Positions 8,603 through 11,355 of a DNA stretch of 11,355 nt are shown here, piece after piece. The notes beneath the pieces were generated by a model, which did no database searches, was not told the origin of the DNA, and worked only from the letters and a program-made list of their open reading frames with translations. Each line of letters opens with the position of its first letter. The first letter of the stretch is position 1. The position numbers and the translations under genes are program-made. The stretch is from Fibrobacterales bacterium (GTDB taxonomy: Bacteria; Fibrobacterota; Fibrobacteria; Fibrobacterales; JAOPTW01), in the NCBI GenBank assembly GCA_051532055.1, contig JAOPTX010000074.1, positions 1-11,355 of the forward strand, in the 5' to 3' direction.

Positions 8603-8722
8603 AGTTAACAAACCGTTGCAGACGGTAATCTTCACTTCAAAAACAATTAATTAAACTCCCTCCGGTCAAACAATAATTAATTATTTTTAAAGCAAAGCTT
8701 CCGCTGAACTCAACCGTTATTT
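8603..8722 (+). repeat. attC site 1 (120 bp)
   Basis: R'' AGTTAAC (8603-8609), spacer AAACC, L'' arm GTT(G)CAG(A)CGG pairing with CCGCTGAAC leaving two extrahelical bases, AT-rich inner stem, R' GTTATTT (8716-8722). Confidence 0.9.
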
Positions 8723-8727
8723 TGCTT

Positions 8728-9168
8728 ATGAAACATCTGTTCATGATTCTTTTTTTCATCACCTTAACCAGTTGCGACTGTGTAACTACTAGTAGTTTTC
8801 ACATTCAGCTTTCGATATTTGATCAAAATGGCAACCCTATTAATGGTGCTACAATAAAGTTAAGTGAATACCAAAGGGATATTGAAAAAGACACCATTAT
8901 AGAGTTTTCAAATATTGACAGTTATTTTTATGACGAATTTCAAAGTGATTCATCAGGGATGATTTCTGCCAATTTGTCCGCTCAAACCGCAAAAAACTGT
9001 CCAAGTGTTACTGAAAATAACTCATCACTATTTGTTTTATCTGTTGCAATCAAGTGCTCGAACAATAAATGGCTTATACATGAATATAAAAACGGAACAG
9101 ATATGGAATATATTAACAATTCTAATATCATTGATTCTATTTATATTGATTCAGAATGCTTATATTAG
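8728..9168 (+). CDS. Cassette 2: hypothetical lipoprotein with a prealbumin/carboxypeptidase-regulatory-like beta motif
   Basis: ATG 8728 is preferred because TTG 8722 overlaps the attC R' box. Signal MKHLFMILFFITLTS-C; motif IFDQNGNPINGATIKL...SDSSG. Confidence 0.78.
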   Translation: MKHLFMILFFITLTSCDCVTTSSFHIQLSIFDQNGNPINGATIKLSEYQRDIEKDTIIEFSNIDSYFYDEFQSDSSGMISANLSAQTAKNCPSVTENNSSLFVLSVAIKCSNNKWLIHEYKNGTDMEYINNSNIIDSIYIDSECLY

Positions 9169-9182
9169 GATTTACGTACACA

Positions 9183-9300
9183 AAATAACAAACTGTGGAG
9201 TCGGAATGTCCACTGCATTTTAAAAATAATTTACTCCCTTCGGTCAAACAATAATTATTATTAAAACACCGCGGCCTTCCGCTCAACTCAACCGATATCT
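9183..9300 (+). repeat. attC site 2 (118 bp), degenerate
   Basis: R'' AAATAAC (9183-9189) and 3' arm CCGCTCAACTCAACC. Shares ACTCCCTYCGGTCAAACAATAATTA with attC1. R' reads GATATCT (9294-9300) instead of GTTATCT, and the L'' arm is 1 nt shorter than in attC1 and attC3. Confidence 0.85.
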
Positions 9301-9387
9301 GGGGTCTGATGACAGAAGCTCTGTGTTTTTACCACCAAATCAACCAAAATTACACCATTTTTTATAAACTATATTAGAATAATTATG

Positions 9388-9428
9388 AATACAAACGAAT
9401 AAAATGTATTTTGTAGTAAAACTGAGGA
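9388..9428 (+). promoter_or_regulatory. Putative TA promoter/operator and RBS
   Basis: Inverted repeat AATACA (9388-9393) / TGTATT (9405-9410) overlaps a -10-like TAAAAT (9400-9405); RBS GAGGA at 9424-9428. TA cassettes typically carry their own autoregulated promoter. Confidence 0.45.
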
Positions 9429-9432
9429 AATT

Positions 9433-9675
9433 ATGTCTAAAACCATTACGATTCGTTTAGAAGAAGAGAAGTACGAGCTGTTTAAAAAGTTTGCAGAAAT
9501 GGACAATAGAGCCATTTCAAATTTCATAGAAACTGCGACTTCCAGATATATAGAAGAAATTGAATACGCTGACGAGTTTGAAATGGCTGAAATTAATTCC
9601 AACGAAGACTTACAAAAATCATTAAAACGCGGACGTACTGATGTAAAGAAAGACAGGAGACGTCGCATTGCCTAA
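9433..9675 (+). CDS. Cassette 3: type II antitoxin, ribbon-helix-helix (CopG-like)
   Basis: 80 aa. MSKTITIRLEEEKYELFKKFAEMDNRAISNFIE is an RHH pattern followed by an acidic segment. Has an RBS and overlaps the toxin gene by 8 nt. Confidence 0.88.
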   Translation: MSKTITIRLEEEKYELFKKFAEMDNRAISNFIETATSRYIEEIEYADEFEMAEINSNEDLQKSLKRGRTDVKKDRRRRIA

Positions 9676-9946
9676 ATATGATGTCTTCATTGCCCACGAA
9701 TATGATAAACAGCTAAAGAAAATTACAAAAAATGATAAAGCTTTAATTGAGAAGAAAATGAAAGAATATATAATTCCTCAATTAAAGTCTGAACCTCATT
9801 TTGGATCAAATATTAAAAAGCTTAAAAATTATGATCCTCCTACTTGGCGATACAGAATTGGTAAATACAGAGTTTTTTATGAAATCGATTCTGAGAGGAA
9901 TGAAATTGATGTTCTAACTATCTCACAACGGAAAGATGCGTACTAG
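9668..9946 (+). CDS. relE: Cassette 3: type II toxin, RelE/ParE family
   Basis: 92 aa basic protein with TTG start; IKKLKN...WRYRIGKYRVFYEID...VLTISQRKDAY is a typical RelE signature. Confidence 0.9.
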   Translation: MPKYDVFIAHEYDKQLKKITKNDKALIEKKMKEYIIPQLKSEPHFGSNIKKLKNYDPPTWRYRIGKYRVFYEIDSERNEIDVLTISQRKDAY

Positions 9947-9958
9947 ATGAAGCGCCCC

Positions 9959-9997
9959 AGATAACATCTATACGCCCTCTCCAAGTCACGTAAAAAA
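9959..9997 (+). repeat. Non-attC array-terminal motif, copy 1
   Basis: AGATAACATCTATACGCCCTCTCCAAGTCACGTAAAAAA; 9961-9997 aligns to 11316-11351 at 32/37 columns. It begins at the R'' of the TA cassette but lacks the attC L''/L' arms. Confidence 0.75.
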
Positions 9998-10052
9998 ATG
10001 ATTCACCGCAATTTGTTATACTCAACTTCTCACTTCCGCTCATCCCCATTAA

Positions 10053-10286
10053 TCACCCAATCCGATTCTTTCGCTTCAAATATTGTTTCCTACCATAGTC
10101 ACTATTAAATTGTTTGCGGATACTTGGGGCGTTGCAAAAGGTAATATCGGCCCAGTCACCGGGGGCTATCAGTAGGTTTATGATCTGGTCTCGGATGCTT
10201 TTATTCTCTTTCATCTGTATGATGGCAAAGTGAACGGTGGCCTCGAGGCTAGAGATTTCGTTGACGAGGGGTGATGACCATTCCAT
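10053..10286 (-). CDS. Small hypothetical ORF in the inter-array spacer
   Basis: 77 aa with no recognisable family and no well-spaced RBS (GGAGGAG lies 24 nt upstream); may be a fragment. Confidence 0.3.
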   Translation of the reverse strand: MEWSSPLVNEISSLEATVHFAIIQMKENKSIRDQIINLLIAPGDWADITFCNAPSIRKQFNSDYGRKQYLKRKNRIG

Positions 10287-10480
10287 GCTTCTGTTTTAAG
10301 TACCCGAGTACTCCTCCGGAAATGGTGTTTATAATGTAAAGGGAATTATAAGGTGGTCGGTATAATGCCATTATTTGGTATTATCCATTGGAAATGGTTT
10401 AATTCAATTGGAATGAGTGTTCTAAAGTGGGGAAGGGTACTGGATTATTTGGAAATTGCTAGATTATTTATCATAAACCA

Positions 10481-10505
10481 ACCTTCTGTATAATAAGAGT
10501 TATCT
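10481..10505 (+). other. attI-like recombination site 2 (start of mini-array B)
   Basis: ACCTTCTGTATAATAAGAG|TTATCT. GTTATCTGGC (10499-10508) complements GCCAGATAAC (10877-10886). Ungapped similarity to site 1 extends upstream (10452-10483 vs 7999-8030, 21/32). Confidence 0.7.
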
Positions 10506-10509
10506 GGCC

Positions 10510-10854
10510 ATGTGCACATATTTTAAATTTATCACACGTAGCAAACCACCTGAAAAAAGTAGTTTTATTATAGACTCACTTATAAAAGTTGCATCGTTTA
10601 TTTTTCCACAGGCAAACCCTGACTATGATGATAAAATCGGTAATGTATCTTATTGGTTTATTGAATGTGGCGATGAAGGATATCCATATCGTGAAATTGG
10701 TTTTGATGCAAATGACAACATTTTGTTTAAAGGTCCGAACAAACGTAATTATGGATATTGGTTAGACACAGATATGACAGATGATCATTTTGAAAACCAT
10801 AAAGATTGTGAGGAAATTTCTGGAAAAACATTTGAAGACATGTGGAACAAATAA
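10510..10854 (+). CDS. Cassette 4: hypothetical protein
   Basis: 114 aa ORF filling the cassette; aromatic/acidic motifs NPDYD...YWFIE...PYREIGFD...NYGYWLD; function unknown. Confidence 0.82.
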   Translation: MCTYFKFITRSKPPEKSSFIIDSLIKVASFIFPQANPDYDDKIGNVSYWFIECGDEGYPYREIGFDANDNILFKGPNKRNYGYWLDTDMTDDHFENHKDCEEISGKTFEDMWNK

Positions 10855-10879
10855 CCCTTTTTCGTTTCGATAAACAGCC

Positions 10880-10996
10880 AGATAACAAACCGTTTGAGTC
10901 GGTAATTGCAAATGCCCACAAAATAGATATTCGCGATCCGCTCCAATTTATCTATTTTGTGGACATCAGCAATTCCGCTCAACTCAACCGTTATAT
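10880..10996 (+). repeat. attC site 3 (117 bp)
   Basis: R'' AGATAAC; L'' arm GTT(T)GAG(T)CGG pairing with CCGCTCAAC; perfect 14-bp inner stem CCACAAAATAGATA (10916-10929) / TATCTATTTTGTGG (10949-10962); R' GTTATAT (10990-10996). Confidence 0.92.
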
Positions 10997-11019
10997 TGGG
11001 TGTGTCACGTAGAAGTATC

Positions 11020-11229
11020 TTATAGCGATGAATCTGTCAGATAAATTATTATGAAACCTATAAATATCAGAAATGGCATTATCATCATAGCAAATAATCG
11101 CTGCCTAGAATGCCATGATAAAACATCATCACCATTATGAAGTTTACTTTTATGAATTCTATATGCTACAATTGCTAGGATAATTGAAACTGCCTGAAAG
11201 CCGAAGTACCCAACAAATACCATTTTCAT
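11020..11229 (-). CDS. Cassette 5: small membrane protein (2 hydrophobic segments), reverse orientation
   Basis: 69 aa with two hydrophobic stretches separated by a polar loop; the only sizeable ORF between G10990 and C11320. Confidence 0.6.
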   Translation of the reverse strand: MKMVFVGYFGFQAVSIILAIVAYRIHKSKLHNGDDVLSWHSRQRLFAMMIMPFLIFIGFIIIYLTDSSL

Positions 11230-11313
11230 ACCGTGATTAAAGACTTTTCAAATAATTTAGTAATCAATATACTTCTTAGCACGCAGGAAATGATGTTGTT
11301 TGAGAAAGGCCCA

Positions 11314-11351
11314 ATATAACATCTAGATGTCCTCCCAAGTCAAGTAAAAAA
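11314..11351 (+). repeat. Non-attC array-terminal motif, copy 2
   Basis: ATATAACATCTAGATGTCCTCCCAAGTCAAGTAAAAAA. CCCAATATAAC (11310-11320) is the exact complement of GTTATATTGGG (10990-11000). The window ends 4 nt later. Confidence 0.72.
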
Positions 11352-11355
11352 TAGT

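Larger units (their letters stand above)
8046..11320 (+). mobile_element. Integron gene-cassette region lacking an intact integrase (CALIN-like): 5 cassettes in two mini-arrays
   Basis: Three attC sites. The first 9-11 nt of each cassette are complementary to the sequence around its downstream TAAC: 8046/8609, 8716/9189, 9294/9965 (1 mismatch), 10499/10886, 10990/11320. Three cassette ORFs start 11-17 nt after the crossover G. Confidence 0.88.

Noticed and set aside
7831..9668. Track ORFs 7831-8043, 7940-8179, 8130-8330, 9005-9223, 9369-9668
   Set aside because: They run into or across recombination sites or shadow cassette genes, with no motifs; 7831-8043 cannot be strictly excluded as a leader ORF ending at the attI-like site.
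9959..10021. Short 63-bp attC from AGATAAC to GTTATAC (10015-10021)
   Set aside because: No convincing L''/L' pairing or correct spacer length; cannot be fully excluded without a covariance-model scan.
10266..10310. Minus-strand YSGT*NRSMEWSSPL resembling the IntI C-terminus (YTHVLxR...SPL)
   Set aside because: Too few identities, an in-frame stop, and no LGH/TT motif upstream; likely chance.
10484..10511. dif/pdif (XerCD) site: CTTCTGTATAA-TAAGAG-TTATCTGGCCA
   Set aside because: The left arm resembles a XerC arm, but the right arm is not TTATGTTAAAT-like, differs between the two copies and is explained as cassette-derived sequence.
10727..10982. Track ORFs 10727-10921(-) and 10785-10982(-)
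   Set aside because: They start within attC3 and run antisense to cassette 4.
8603..10996. CRISPR array interpretation of the recurring repeats
   Set aside because: Repeats are ~120 bp, separated by gene-sized intervals and have attC R/L box structure; no cas genes or 30-40 bp spacers.

Overview
Bacterial accessory region with three parts. (1) 1-4183, minus strand: two likely co-transcribed genes, each with an OmpA-like (GHTD...RA...NRR[VI]E) domain interrupted by a peptidoglycan-binding-type module. The second gene (start 2665) runs off the left edge and is missing from the ORF track. Their other segments resemble contractile-injection/T6SS-associated proteins (inference). (2) 4678-7716, plus strand: a Ser-rich lipoprotein M60-like zinc metallopeptidase and a Cys-rich lipoprotein with a Kazal-like motif. 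(3) 8028-11355: an integron-type cassette region with no intact integrase in the window. It holds five cassettes (two lipoproteins, an RHH/RelE toxin-antitoxin pair, a hypothetical protein, a reverse-oriented membrane protein) and three ~120-bp attC sites. The cassettes form two tandem mini-arrays. Each opens with a near-identical attI-like motif (ACCTTCTGTATAWTAAGAG|TTA) and closes not with an attC but with a second conserved motif (TAACATCTA..CCTC.CCAAGTCA.GTAAAAAA). This bracketed architecture is the most unusual feature. All calls are by eye; no database searches were run.
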